DNA of 63,508 nt, the filler included, from Globobulimina sp. (lineage: Eukaryota), in NCBI GenBank assembly GCA_003354225.1. It is 25 parts of 25 records of this genome, joined end to end, with 100 filler letters (N's around TTAATTAATTAA, not from the genome) between each part and the next. Parts side by side here need not be neighbours in the genome. Positions count along the whole stretch, not along the records: positions 22,916 to 25,361 come from PIVH01006655.1; positions 25,462 to 27,906 come from PIVH01006656.1; positions 28,007 to 30,451 come from PIVH01006657.1; positions 30,552 to 32,995 come from PIVH01006658.1; positions 33,096 to 35,539 come from PIVH01006659.1; 20 more parts are not named here. One strand, given 5' to 3'. A program made the position numbers and the translations under genes. Numbering within the stretch: the stretch's first letter is position 1; the number at the start of each line of letters is the position of its first letter. The notes under the pieces are model-generated. The model saw only the letters and a program-made list of their open reading frames with translations, did no database searches and was not told where the DNA came from. Below, in pieces: positions 23,040 through 35,003 of this stretch.

Positions 23040-25204
23040 GTGGATAAGTTTTTAAGTGATGATGACTCGGACATTGAAGTGGAGGCAGAAACTGCTGATG
23101 AGATAAAAGCAGAAAATCAGTTCAGATGCATGGAGTGTACGTGTTATCTCATATTCTTGATACTATTTACTGGAATGGCTATATTTTCCATCGGTTCTGG
23201 CGACTCAAATTACACCGCAACTACAGCCATCAGGAAACCTGCCATCAACGTCGGTGAGTTCATTGGGTGGAATGATATCAGCGAGAAGACGTTCGATGAT
23301 ATTTCTACTGCGGAGGACATTTACCACTACTTAAGGTACATTATATTGCCACACTATGACAATAATAACGAAAAACAACTAATTTGTACACTTTCAGACA
23401 AATTTTGGTACCGTTTTTAATGTCAGATGGTAAATATGTGAATGGTTCGAACATTTATTACATACAGCATCATGCAGTGTTATTAGGCGGCATTAGAATG
23501 AGACAAATCAGACAAAAAGCATTGCAGTGTAATGATGTGAGTCACTTTAATGACTCAGATTGTTATGAACAGGATGAAATTGATAGGGATGTTGTGCATT
23601 TTTATAATGCGTTGGATGATAATATAACATATGAATATGTTGATAGCTCCGTGTTATTAGATCAGCGATATCAGGGAAAATTCAATAGTTATCCAGGCGG
23701 CGGGTATATACACGACTTGCCATTAGATTTGAGTGAGAGCTTGGATATCATAGACATGTTAGAGGAGTTTGACTGGATTGATGCTGCTACGTTATGTTTG
23801 ACAGTCGATTTCACGATGTATAATCCCTCAAAGTCATTGCACACCGTCGCGCGGCTAATATTTGAGATGCCCACTTCCGGCATATTCGCCATGGATGAAA
23901 TAAAGACGTGGAAATTTGATAGGTATTCAGGCGAAACTACGGGATTTGTGTTGTTTGTGATACATGTTATTTTTATGATGTTTGTGTGTGTGATCAGCGG
24001 TATTTTTATCATTGATATTTATAGGAATTACTGTGATGAACGGAAAGCAAAAAGCTTTTGGACGCAATGGAGAATAATGGATATTATGATTTTATTCATA
24101 TTTTATGTTACAATCGCTTTGTTTATACATAATGAAAGTTATCAGAAAGCATTGATTGATATATATAGATATCAAGAGCCATATCAATCGTTTCGTAGAT
24201 TGCAAGCGTTGAGGTATTGTGTATTATGATCTGTGACATTTTTGTGTGTTGATATGTGAACATAATATATTTAGTTTGATGGAAGCATATTGTTTTGCGA
24301 TAAATGGGTTTCTTTTATGGGTCAAATTATTTAAATACTTAGCATTTCATCCAAAATTTAAATTTTTATTTTATATGTTACAGCGTGGATTGCAGGACAT
24401 TGTCATGTTTATTGTGATATTATTTGTGTTTTATTTGGCCTTTGCTCTAAGTGGTTTTCTCATATTTTCCAGTGACGTGGCTGCGTATCGATCGTATGGA
24501 TTATCTGTGGTCTCTATGAATTTATACATGTTGACAGAAATGAATTATTCTGATTTGATGGCTTCTTCTCGAATGTTTGGTTCCTTTTATTACTTTTCAT
24601 GGCTAATCTGGATGACATTTATTTTGATGAATGTATTCATTGCTATTTTAATTGATTCTTACTCCAAAACACAGGTTGAAATCGAGTTAGACGGCGCAAA
24701 TGCGATACGTTTCAGTTATGTAACATTTGCAATGTTGTATTTCTCCAAAATCAGAAAATATAAACGTTTTTTGTGTGAAATCCAAATATAAATGTTTTTG
24801 TGTTCCATATAGACGTATTTGAGAAAGGCAGAGAATATGCGAAAAAATTAAAATTTGCTCAGTTAATGTCTCGGTTTGAAGCAATTGATGAAGATGGTGA
24901 TGACAATGTGGATGTGGGTGAAATTGCAAAAGCATTGAAAATTAGTCACGAAGATGCAAAGAGAGTAATGATTAAATATGATAATGATGGAAATGGTGTT
25001 TTAGATCGTAAAGAATTTGAAAAATTAAAACAGAAATTAGTGAGAGATCAAATGGAACAGAAACCGGAGTATCGACAGTTAAAAAAACATGAAAATTTAA
25101 AAGAACAATTTGATGATATGAAAGATTTAATGAATGCGATGTTACAAATTGATCCTTCTGGGAGAAGAGCATTGAAAGCAACTCAAGGTTTAAAACGAAA
25201 TTAA
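23040..25204 (+). CDS. PKD2: Polycystin-2 (PKD2/TRPP)-like cation channel with C-terminal EF-hands; introns 23336-23397, 24214-24274, 24715-24812
   Basis: LLGGIRMRQIR, YPGGGY, WIDAAT..DFTMYNP, LWVKLFKYL, FILMNVFIAILIDSY; EF-hands DEDGDDNVDVGE and DNDGNGVLDRKE. Confidence 0.88.
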
Positions 25205-25461
25205 ATCGTTGTATAAAGTTTTAATTTTTGACTAATTAAATGTTTTCTGTGTTTTTTGTTGTGTTGGAGTTTTATATTTTTTGTTGTTGTGACGAACTTT
25301 CACATTCAGTCTACCATTGGACAAATAGTTAGAATGAGCTAGTATATGATGTGAGGACTGGNNNNNNNNNNNNNNNNNNNNNNNNNNNNNNNNNNNNNNN
25401 NNNNNTTAATTAATTAANNNNNNNNNNNNNNNNNNNNNNNNNNNNNNNNNNNNNNNNNNNN

Positions 25462-25870
25462 ATTTTTTCCGAGCAAAATCTTCATTTTGTAAAATATGAG
25501 AAAACGTTGCTGCTGAATTACATTGTGGATAATCGGACGCTTTTCTCCATCCTTCGTAATTTAATTGAGATGATTGAAATTTATCATGAATTCCATTTAA
25601 TATAACATCGAAAAATTGTCTGTTAATTTTTTATTTCATATTGTTTTGGTTTTATTAAAATGAATAAATGCTTTTGTTTAACTTTACTGTGCATATTAAA
25701 CGACATGAAACATACACATGATTAATATGTTTCTCTTTCAATACATGATTTAAAATAAGTGATTTTCCCGATGATGCTGGACCATGAATAACAATTAAAT
25801 CAAAATTAATTGCGTTATCAACAATATTTCTCAATGTTTTTAATTGCTTTTCTCGCCCAATAAACTGCAT
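25462..25870 (-). CDS. ORC5: AAA+ ATPase N-terminus, ORC5-like (3' truncated, probable intron from about 25687)
   Basis: MQFIGREKQL..LIVIHGPASSGKS (Walker A)..HVYVSC matches the ORC5/Cdc6-type N-terminus. Confidence 0.55.
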
Positions 25871-25999
25871 CTTAGCAAACAGTGATGATTTAGTAAACAA
25901 GCTAAGCCTAAAAAAGATAAAATTTAAAAAAACACACGTCACCAAAGCTTAAATAAATCCGAAAAAAGATTAAGTTTAAATGGAAGTAATTTTTCATTT

Positions 26000-27234
26000 T
26001 CATATATTTCGCTTCAAAACAGTTGATTTATGATCATCAATGTTCTTATTTTTTATGTCAAATTTCAACACTTTCCCAACACAAAATGTAACAATCTCTT
26101 CAATACAGTTATGATCCAATATATCCATTAACAAATCAGCAAGAAATGGTTTCATTTCATTATATTGCATAACAATTGAATGAACACAGGAAACACAAAA
26201 AACTTGTTCGTCAACATCAGCACATGAAAATATAAAATCATATCTACATATTTCACATCTACATATATCACAGGTATAACCTTCACATTTACCATCCAAT
26301 ACATCCTCTAAATCTGTCACAGTGTATGTCTCCGAATCAAAATCATATCCAAAATGTGTAGCAACATAATCTTTCCATGCATTCCCATAATACAAATCAC
26401 CTCCATCCAAAATGCAATGTAACCGATAATTATATTCTGGACAATATAAAAACTCATAAATATGTGTTGCTATTAAGTGACTTAAATAGAAAAAATCATT
26501 TGTTACATGTTCCTCTTCAATGAGATCCAATATATTATAATAAAAACGTGCCAAATAATGTGCCAATTCAAGGAAAAAGTCAATTCTTTCTTCAACATTG
26601 GTCCGTAATATTAGTTCAATATGGGCAGGATTTCTGTTCGTAATATCAAGCAAATGTTCGCGATGAGTCGGAAATCTTAATACTTGGCATGCTGGAATTG
26701 TAACAATATCCAGTTTTTCATCCATTTTAATTTTAATCATTTCTGTACTTTCATTCACTTCCAATATATACTGCCATTTGTAAGTGGTTTATTGCCCAAT
26801 TTATATTGAATATGGTCACCGATTTTATACTGTGTTTCCATTAAAATCGAAGGGATATTTGTTGTATAATTTTTAGAAGTATTATTGGAACATTCTGTAT
26901 ATTCGTTATCATCATCTTGGTCGAAAACGAACGTTTTCATTTCTAACTTATATTCCATTGAATATGGAAATAAAAATAATGGAACTTTAACAGAAAATGT
27001 TCTGTGTTGATTGATAAATCCAATATTGAATGGGATTGCTTTCCATGCATCAATTGAACAACAGTCATAATAAATGTATACATATGCGTTATTATTTTGT
27101 AATTGGAATTTGAATGAGAAAATAAAGCCAAATTCTAGCTCACCATCATCAACGTCATCCAAGTTTACAATTTCAATTTCCATAATTCCATTAACTGCAT
27201 CAGAATTTTGCAAAATTGGTTGTGGTAAAGACAT
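26000..27234 (-). pseudogene. Hypothetical protein (FN3-like, barrel, Cys-rich ZZ-like C-terminus) split by a frameshift at about 26765
   Basis: ORFs 26755-27234 and 26000-26764 fuse (NGSI-LEVNEST) if one TA is removed from a TATATAT run; C-terminal CDICRC..FSC..FCVSC. Confidence 0.55.
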
Positions 27235-27292
27235 CCTTTTATCCTTGTTTGAAATCCAAAATATTTATTCTGTCAAAAAAACTTTTTATACC

Positions 27293-27906
27293 ATGACACA
27301 AAGAAACTGGAGCCAATTTAAAGTGGGTGATTACGTGTTATTAACTGGTAAAGAAGGCTATATTCGCTACATTGGAGAGGTAAATAAATATCCACAAAAC
27401 CCACCCATAAATTGATAGCAAAACAAATAACCACAACACAAGCGGACGCATCACCACGGTACCTGGTACGGCATTGAATTAATAATCGGCAACGGTAGGC
27501 ATAGTGGTTCAGAATATGGTAAAAAATATTTTCCTTGCAAACATAAAAGAGGCATATTCGTTCAATCCTCTTCAATTAAATGTAAACTGTCCAAACTAAT
27601 TAAACAAAACAACAAAAAAAACACTGTAAAAAACCATACAAACCACAAACAAAAACGCAAATCAAAGAGAACCAATTCCTCCCTCAAAGCTCCAAAGTCA
27701 AGTCGAAAACCTCCAAAACAAAAACATAAAATGTCACGCTCAATCTCTCCAATGTCACGCACACAAAAAAACAACACTAAATCCCGTGCCAAGTCCAAAG
27801 TGAATACCATACAAATCCCCAGAACAACTTCTATCCGTTCAAAATCGCATGCAAATATCGGCGACAAACCCCCTAAACCCAGACCAAAGCGGGCCAAACC
27901 CAAACC
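27293..27906 (+). CDS. CAP-Gly domain protein with basic tail (3' truncated); intron 27380-27442
   Basis: Spliced KVGDYV..GYIRYIGE/..GTWYGIEL..GRHSGSEYGKKYFPC..RGIFV is a classic CAP-Gly motif. Confidence 0.88.
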
Positions 27907-28782
27907 NNNNNNNNNNNNNNNNNNNNNNNNNNNNNNNNNNNNNNNNNNNNTTAATTAATTAANNNNNNNNNNNNNNNNNNNNNNNNNNNNNNNNNNNNNN
28001 NNNNNNTATATTTCAAATCAAACAATATAAAAGTGTAAATAAATTATATATAATAATTATATAAACACTTATTTCTTTTTATTCTTTTTATCCTTTTAAA
28101 TGTTTTATTTTTAATACATTAAACCCCCTTTTTTTACCAATCATTAACAATTAATCAACAATAATAACTTTTTAATACATAAACATTTTTACGTATCTTC
28201 TCAAATTCCACTTTACTTTATCTCCTCTCTTTATTTTTTACTGTCTTTTATTTTAAAACAACAAAATAAGAATAACCCCATTATTATATTTCTTTTTATT
28301 CCATTAGTAAATATATCTAATTTGGTTCCCTTTTATATGTTAACCAATCAATGTTTTAGTATATGATGATGAGATAAAACATATACTCAATATTTAATTA
28401 ATATGTAAACAATTATTTAAATAAAAATTTGGGCAATTAAATTAATTTTAGTCTATTTTTCTTTGAATTATCCCTGTTTTGTTGACCCTATTACCTTATT
28501 TTTCTTTTTTTTCTGTATCTGTAAAATATATTTGATTATCTATATGTCAATTATGTGTTATTATATATGGCATAAAAACCATATATTTAATAAATCCCTT
28601 GTGTGATTAGTAGTAACGTGAATTCTGTGATGTATATAATTAAATTCAATATCAGTTACAGTCCCTCATAGGCTTGGTTCATCTAAAAAAAAATTGTTCT
28701 GTGAACGTTGAATTGATTATAAAACGACTCGTGAAGAAATCCAGCTGCAATTATACTTTACTTGAAAGGTTTTCACAGCTAC

Positions 28783-28813
28783 AATAGGGGTCTCCGATAA
28801 GTACTGATTTTTT
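28783..28813 (+). repeat. 31-bp repeat copy 1, putative DNA-transposon end
   Basis: aataggggtctccgataagtactgatttttt is identical to 30321-30351. Confidence 0.75.
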
Positions 28814-28947
28814 TAAAAAGCTGTCAAACAGCTTCTAAATTTCCAATCAGTTTCCAAAAGGTCGCGTAAATCCCTTTTAAATCATGCCAAAAAGAAAAGA
28901 CATCTACAAAAAATTTTGTATGGCGTAAATTAATTAAAGAAAAAAAA

Positions 28948-29012
28948 TGTGGATGCTTGGGATTTGAACCCGAATCTTATTTAATAAGATGCTCTCAATG
29001 AGCTATCATCAC
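28948..29012 (-). ncRNA. tRNA-like cloverleaf element, copy A (non-canonical; tRNA pseudogene or SINE head)
   Basis: GTGATGA-TA-GCTC ATTGA GAGC-ATCTTAT TAA ATAAGAT-TCGGG TTCAAAT CCCAA-GCATCCAC-A followed by T8. Confidence 0.6.
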
Positions 29013-29777
29013 AATAAATTCCTTAACCATCGATGAAGAGACTCCGTCTCCGCTATATATACCATAATAAAATAAATAAATTCTATAATGCGTTGTTTAA
29101 ATAATGCGTTAATCGCGGAGTAGCAAATAAAAATATTTTGCGATAAGTGTTGAATTTTGCTCTCGATCTCATCCAATTGTTTGTCGCTCAAATCAATGCA
29201 TTTTGTTTCTGAAACTGTAAAATATTTATCAGTCTCCCCGCTGCGTCCACCCAATGCTTTTTCATACGTTTCAGAACCCGCTAAATCTGCAAAATTCAAC
29301 TTGGATTTCTTGACCGTGCCATTGGTCAATGTCTGCTCTATGGTCAGCGTCATAATCATATGCGACCGCGACGACTCTGCGTTCATCGGTGACGCGCCAG
29401 ACGCGGTTCCTATTTGCCACAGATAACAATTTAATGACTTGCTTCAGTTTGGTCACATTGAATTGTTTAACCTCCTCACTATTTTCATTAAAATCCGCAA
29501 TGTTCATGTTATCATCCACCGACAACTTCTTTTTCTTGTCATCACTGTCTTGCGTCACACTGATCGCAAGTTTCTCATTCACCGATTCCAACGTAGTCAA
29601 CGCACTCGACCTAAACGTCAAATTAGTAATACACTCCTCCCTCAACGTCGACAGCCGCAACTTATGTGCAACGATATCAGTTTCCGAGTCAATCTCTGAT
29701 AACATGGCGAAATCCGGCACAGATTTCCGTTTTTCCATTGCATTTTCATGCGTCTGTTTCCGTTTATATTGTGCCAT
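29009..29777 (-). pseudogene. Chimeric kinesin pseudogene fragment (switch I/II only, frameshift at about 29402)
   Basis: LLSVANRNR / SGASPMNAESSRSH..SKLNFADLAGSE split across two frames; no P-loop upstream and the motor is not completed downstream. Confidence 0.7.
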
Positions 29778-29914
29778 TTGTTCCTGTTTCCGTTTATATG
29801 AAACACGAATAATAATTTGTAAAATTTAAATGAAGATGAAAAAAAAAAGTGACATTTGACTTTTGGTTTTTTTCTCAACTGCTTTAGAATAAAATAAAAA
29901 TAAAAATAATAAAA

Positions 29915-29980
29915 GTGATGATTGGGATTTGAACCCAAATCTTGTTCATAAGCTGCTTTCTTTAATTAAGCTATCATCGC
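29915..29980 (-). ncRNA. tRNA-like cloverleaf element, copy B
   Basis: GCGATGA-TA-GCTT AATTAAAGA AAGC-16 nt arm-TTGGG TTCAAAT CCCAA-TCATCAC followed by TTTT; acceptor stem 6 of 7 paired, D and T stems perfect. Confidence 0.65.
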
Positions 29981-30013
29981 ATTCAGTTAACGCTTAATAT
30001 TCTGCCAATTGAT

Positions 30014-30325
30014 GTGATTGACACTTTATATTTATTTTACTTTGATGTGTGGTGGTCGATGGTTTGTGATGCGAAGAGAGCAGGTTTTGACAGAGCGACA
30101 ATTGTCTGCAGAACATCATTTGCGACGTTAGAAGCTTCGTCCAATGAGCATGTTGCCACAGCCTGGAAAGATGGGGATAAAGTTATTAATGAAAATCAAG
30201 AATTATTGGATGATTGGCGTGGTAAATCCTCATTTTGTTTCTATGGGAAACGATATAAGATACATAAATATGATGAAGATGAGGATGAAATATGCTGTGC
30301 AAACGTTCACGAGGTGGAGGAATAG
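30014..30325 (+). pseudogene. Profilin-like gene fragment truncated by the 31-bp repeat
   Basis: W..MV..GFDRATIV..AWKDGDKVINENQELL..FCFYGKRYKI resembles protist profilins; the stop codon is supplied by the repeat at 30323-30325. Confidence 0.5.
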
Positions 30326-30351
30326 GGGTCTCCGATAAGTACTGATTTTTT
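30321..30351 (+). repeat. 31-bp repeat copy 2, putative DNA-transposon end
   Basis: Identical to 28783-28813; flanks are unrelated on both sides. Confidence 0.75.
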
Positions 30352-30705
30352 GGTTTTTAGCTATTTGGAATTTGCAGCAGCCCAATTAGTGGGAGAAGAA
30401 AACCGCAACGTACCACCGCAGAAAAAAAAATTATCAGAATGCTTGGGGTAGNNNNNNNNNNNNNNNNNNNNNNNNNNNNNNNNNNNNNNNNNNNNTTAAT
30501 TAATTAANNNNNNNNNNNNNNNNNNNNNNNNNNNNNNNNNNNNNNNNNNNNTGATTATGATGAATATGATCAATATGCACAAATTGAAGGTAGCAATAAT
30601 AAGCATGTCGTTGCTCCAAATCTTAAAGACACTGCTAAATAATAAGTGTAATTTTTTTAATTTTACTTAAATTTTACCAAAAAAAATTTACAAAACATAT
30701 AAAAC

Positions 30706-30875
30706 GATGACTTGCTCACTTCCTGGAAATCTTAAAATCACTGTTATCACCTCACAAACGACAAATGTTCAGAAATATTTTTCTAGATCTCATAATATAG
30801 AAAGAAAACTAAAAATTTGTCGTTTGTGAGATGACAACATTGATTTTAAGATTTTCCCGAAGTAAGCTAGTCATC
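30706..30875. mobile_element. MITE, 170 bp, about 60-bp imperfect TIRs, 7-bp target-site duplication ATAAAAC
   Basis: gatgacttgctcacttc..ctcacaaacgacaaat pairs with atttgtcgtttgtgag..gaagtaagctagtcatc; ATAAAAC at 30699-30705 and 30876-30882. Confidence 0.8.
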
Positions 30876-30971
30876 ATAAAACATATAAAACCAACAAAAA
30901 AAAAAGCAGCAAATAAACAAATGCAAAATAAAACATTAATATGTTAACCACCCCCAAAAAAAACCATTATC

Positions 30972-32756
30972 TCATTTACTCCCAGGTGGTGGCGGTGCAT
31001 TATATCCTTTATAACCACCATACGCTCCGCCTCCGCCCGGTTGTCCCTGCTGCCCATATCCCCGTTGTTGTTGATTATACGCGCCCGACCCCGGTTGCTG
31101 TTGCTGTTGCCCATATCCCCCCGGCTGCCCTTGATATGCTTGATATTGTTGATATTGATACCCATTTTGCTGTTGTTGCTGCACTGACTGTCCATAACCA
31201 CCGGGCTGCTGCGGCACACTCTGCTGCTGTTGCTGTGGCACATTCTGCTGATTTTTCTTCTGTTGATCCAGTTTCATATTCGCCATATTGACTTTCTGAT
31301 AATATTCCCGCGCTTCCTGCTGTTTTTTGTGTGCTTGCTGGTATTGCATATATGGCGCCATTGCCTGCTTCGGTTTATCGTCTTTCTTATTCAAGAACGG
31401 ATTGACAACTTCGTCCTTCTTGTCGTCCAAAAACGGGTTCTCTGCAATAACCACTTTCTTCTTTGGCTGCTTTATCCCTACAACAAAAAAACAAACACTA
31501 TAAACCGGGCAAAGCGACGCAAACTGCGCTTAACCTGTAAACCATTCACATTTTCGCACTTCCTGCGCCGTTAACCGCTCTATCGGCCGTTTCTTCAACA
31601 AATCAGAGATCAACTCCTTGAGCGCTGGATGGCATTGATCGAAATACATTTTAATGAAGCTGAATTTCGCGCGTTTGATCAGAAGGTATAGCTTCTGTTC
31701 GTTGCCTTGGTTGTCAAAGAAAGGAGGAAAGCCACAGATCAACAAATAAATAATCACGCCCAACGACCACATGTCGGCCGCTATGGTGTAGTCGTAAGAG
31801 GACAGCACTTCCGGTGCTGTGAAATGGATGGTACCGCACGGCGTATTTAGAGCGCCGTTGGTGCAGTCCCCGGCGAGCCCAAAGTCAATGATTTTGAGCA
31901 CCCCGTTACTGAACATTAAATTGTCTAATTTCAAGTCGCGATGAACGATGTTGAATTCGTGGAAATAGCACAAACCGGCCACGATTTGCTTGCAGACGTG
32001 TTTGGCCTCGGCCTCCGAGAACATTTTGACCAATTCCATGCGCTGCATTACGTCGCCGCCATTGCAAAATTCCAACACCATGTATAAGCCTGTTTTTTTT
32101 TTAATTTTGGCAGTTTTTGAGTCACTAAAAAAGTGTATACCTTGTGCCGAATCACAGAAATCGTACATTTTGATGATATTGGGATGGTTTGTTAATTTGG
32201 ATAAGTATAATATTTCTTTTTTAAATGCTTCAATATCAGCTCTGGATTTCCCTTTTTTTTTTACCATTTTAAGTGCGTATTTGGTGTTATCTGCGATGTT
32301 TTTGATGACTTTAATTCTGGCGAATGCGCCTTGGCCTATTTTGGCATTGGATTCGATTCTATATTTTTCGAATAATTGTTTCTCGGTCAGTCCGGTGGCG
32401 GGTAATTGTACGTATTTGCTGGATTTCTTTGGTTGAGCAGAAGTGTTTGCGCCTTGCGAGGATTGCGCTTTTTTGGCATTCTCGATTTTGGCATTTTGTA
32501 AGAAGTTGCCACCAAATAAACTTATTTTGGGAGGTTCTTCGAATTGGTGCGATGATACATTTGTGCCAAGTGGGCCTGGCGGGTTAAATGAGGCTCTTTG
32601 TTTTTGTTTAGCGCGCATCTTGGCTAAATATGCTGCGTTTTTATTTGACATGTGTTGAGACGGAGGTGGTGCGTTGTTTGATGGCCCACTTGGAGGTGGC
32701 CCTGGCGGAGGAGGTGGGGGTGGCGCATCCCAATTTGATTGTGGAGATGCTGCCAT
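30972..32756 (-). CDS. CAMK-group Ser/Thr kinase with Pro-rich N-terminus and Q/G/Y-rich C-terminus; introns 32090-32140, 31478-31534
   Basis: GQGAFA, YALK, HRDLKLDN, DFG, CGTIHFTAPE, DMWSLGV, GFPPF; the second intron joins ORF 30972-31454 in frame. Confidence 0.9.
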
Positions 32757-33350
32757 GATGTATTTGATGATTTGTACTCAAACCTTTTTTTTTCGGATTT
32801 TTATGAACATATTTTTGGTAAAATAAGGAAGGAAAATAGGTTAATAATAAAATGTTAATGGTTACCGATGAAACACCACCTTTAAGAATTCAATTTTGAC
32901 TTTCAATGTTTTTATTTTGAATAATCTGTAAAAAACTGTAAATTCAAAGAGTTTACAGTAAAAACAGTAATTTCAAACTGAAAAGCAAAAAGTTANNNNN
33001 NNNNNNNNNNNNNNNNNNNNNNNNNNNNNNNNNNNNNNNTTAATTAATTAANNNNNNNNNNNNNNNNNNNNNNNNNNNNNNNNNNNNNNNNNNNNGAGAG
33101 CAAAAAGAAGAACAATGCAAATAATGAAAAAAAGAGAAACTGTGTTGTGTTATAATAGGCTTTTTTTGTGATCAGTCATCAACTCAATGTGTAGCAGTTG
33201 AAATTTGTTAATCCGATGAATGTAATTGTTTGTAATTGTATCGACCTGTTTCGATGTCGTTGGTTTTTTATAAAAAAGTAAAAACACACTTGACTTTGCA
33301 CTTTCAGCACATTTTGCATTACCATTTTGTTGCATAGACCAGTACCAAGT

Positions 33351-34780
33351 ATGGGCGACGCAATTTCAAGAGACGAAAAGAAAGAAACGGAAACAGAACC
33401 AGAAACCTATGAAGAGTTCAAATATAATATACCGAAATTGTCAGAAGATGAGTTAAAAGAGTTTCGCAAAGAAGTTGTTGATGTTTACAAACATGAATGC
33501 AAATTTGAATTAAATGCTGATGGCAATTCAGTAAGTTTTTATCCAGCACCTCATGTAAAAGAAAGTGAATATGGTAAAGATACATTTGATGCTGAATTAT
33601 TATGTGAATCACAATTAATTAAAGGCAATGTAGATAAATTAGAAGGGATAAATGATTGGAATGAAAAAATAATATTAGAAGATGGCATATGTAGTTTCAT
33701 CACTGTTTGTTGTAAAGCATGGACTCAACATTATCCATTACGTATATCCCCTGCAAATATATTATTATTAATATTACAAAATGTTGCCATTCACGTTGAT
33801 AAAAACAGTGAAAAATTAAGGTAACGTGTTATCTCTTAAAAGTTGATGTTAATCACAATATTAATATTTGTGTTTTTTTTATGTATATTTATGCAGAAAT
33901 AAATATGTTACACATGAGAAAAAACAGAAATTAAAAGTAACGCGAATCGATGTTGGATGGGTGATGGGTTCGCGTGATAATGATTGGAGCGGTGTGATAG
34001 AAGAATTTTGTCAGCAAATTGACAAAAATACTGTAAATGATACAGTTAAATTGATGGAATCCGACTTTACGTGTTCAACCATTGTGGATCGAATAAGTAA
34101 TAAAATTACAATTATGGATATTTGCAAGAATTATTTTGAATATTATGGATATTCTGGCTTTGCATGCGGTTTTCCAAAAGTTACGTTTCTGTATACTGTA
34201 CGCAATTAAATATTGCAATATTATGTTTTTAAAGATTACGTTGGATGGAACCAAATCTGATTGGATAAAATTAAGAAAAAAATGTGAAAAAATATTGACC
34301 ACAAAAGTAGATAAACGTTTTGGACAAAAATGGAGTTTATCGTTGTTACCAATTTTAGACAGATTTATTGCTGTTTATGACGGTGATATTGACTGTGTAT
34401 TTTGGAATGCAATGATTAAAAAAACAGAGAGGCAATTCATGGGAAGTGGGCCATCGACACCTGAGAAATATTGGGGTTGGATCAATGTATTTTTTCCGTA
34501 TATTCAAGGGTATAAAGGTGTATTTGAAGAGAATTCAGATTGTTTTGCAGTGTATAAAATGTGTGATAGTTTAACACGGTTTGGTTTGGGTGGTAATAAA
34601 TGCGATGTATATCCAACGGGTTTATCATCAGCTCCTGTAATATGGAAAGATATTAATTCAGGAAAAGAATATGACTTAAAATTTTATTCTGGATTTATGG
34701 GTTATAAACAATGTACAAAATCGTTTGAATTATCGCCTGCTGTTTCGTGGTTTATCGGCTATTCTGAAGATAAAAAATGA
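33351..34780 (+). CDS. DUF4419 family protein; introns 33821-33896, 34180-34234
   Basis: AWTQHYPLRISP, HVDKNSEKLR/KYVTHE, DFTCST, MDICKNYFEY..CGFPK/ITLDGTKSDW, GWINVFFPY, PTGLSSAPV, SGFMG. Confidence 0.85.
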
Positions 34781-35003
34781 TTTCACAAATTACCGTATCG
34801 CGAGCAGATAAAAACGCGTTGTTGTAATTATCAGCTTTTTATGTGTCATCTATTTATAATCATTATTTTGACATTACTTATTTTTTCATGTCACAACTAT
34901 TGACCTAATTTTCATTGTGGTGATCGGCTTTCAACTTTTGCTGCACATCTCCAGTCAATCCACAGTTTTTTTATCAAAGTTTTATCATTTCTACGTTAAA
35001 AAT

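Noticed and set aside
28007-28600. Very AT-rich tract as organellar DNA or a replication origin
   Set aside because: No ORF, RNA gene or ordered repeat that I can support.
28948-29980. Functional canonical tRNA genes (for example Leu-TAA)
   Set aside because: No variable loop or position 26 spacing, no D-loop GG, and the anticodon loops differ between copies; kept only as tRNA-like elements.
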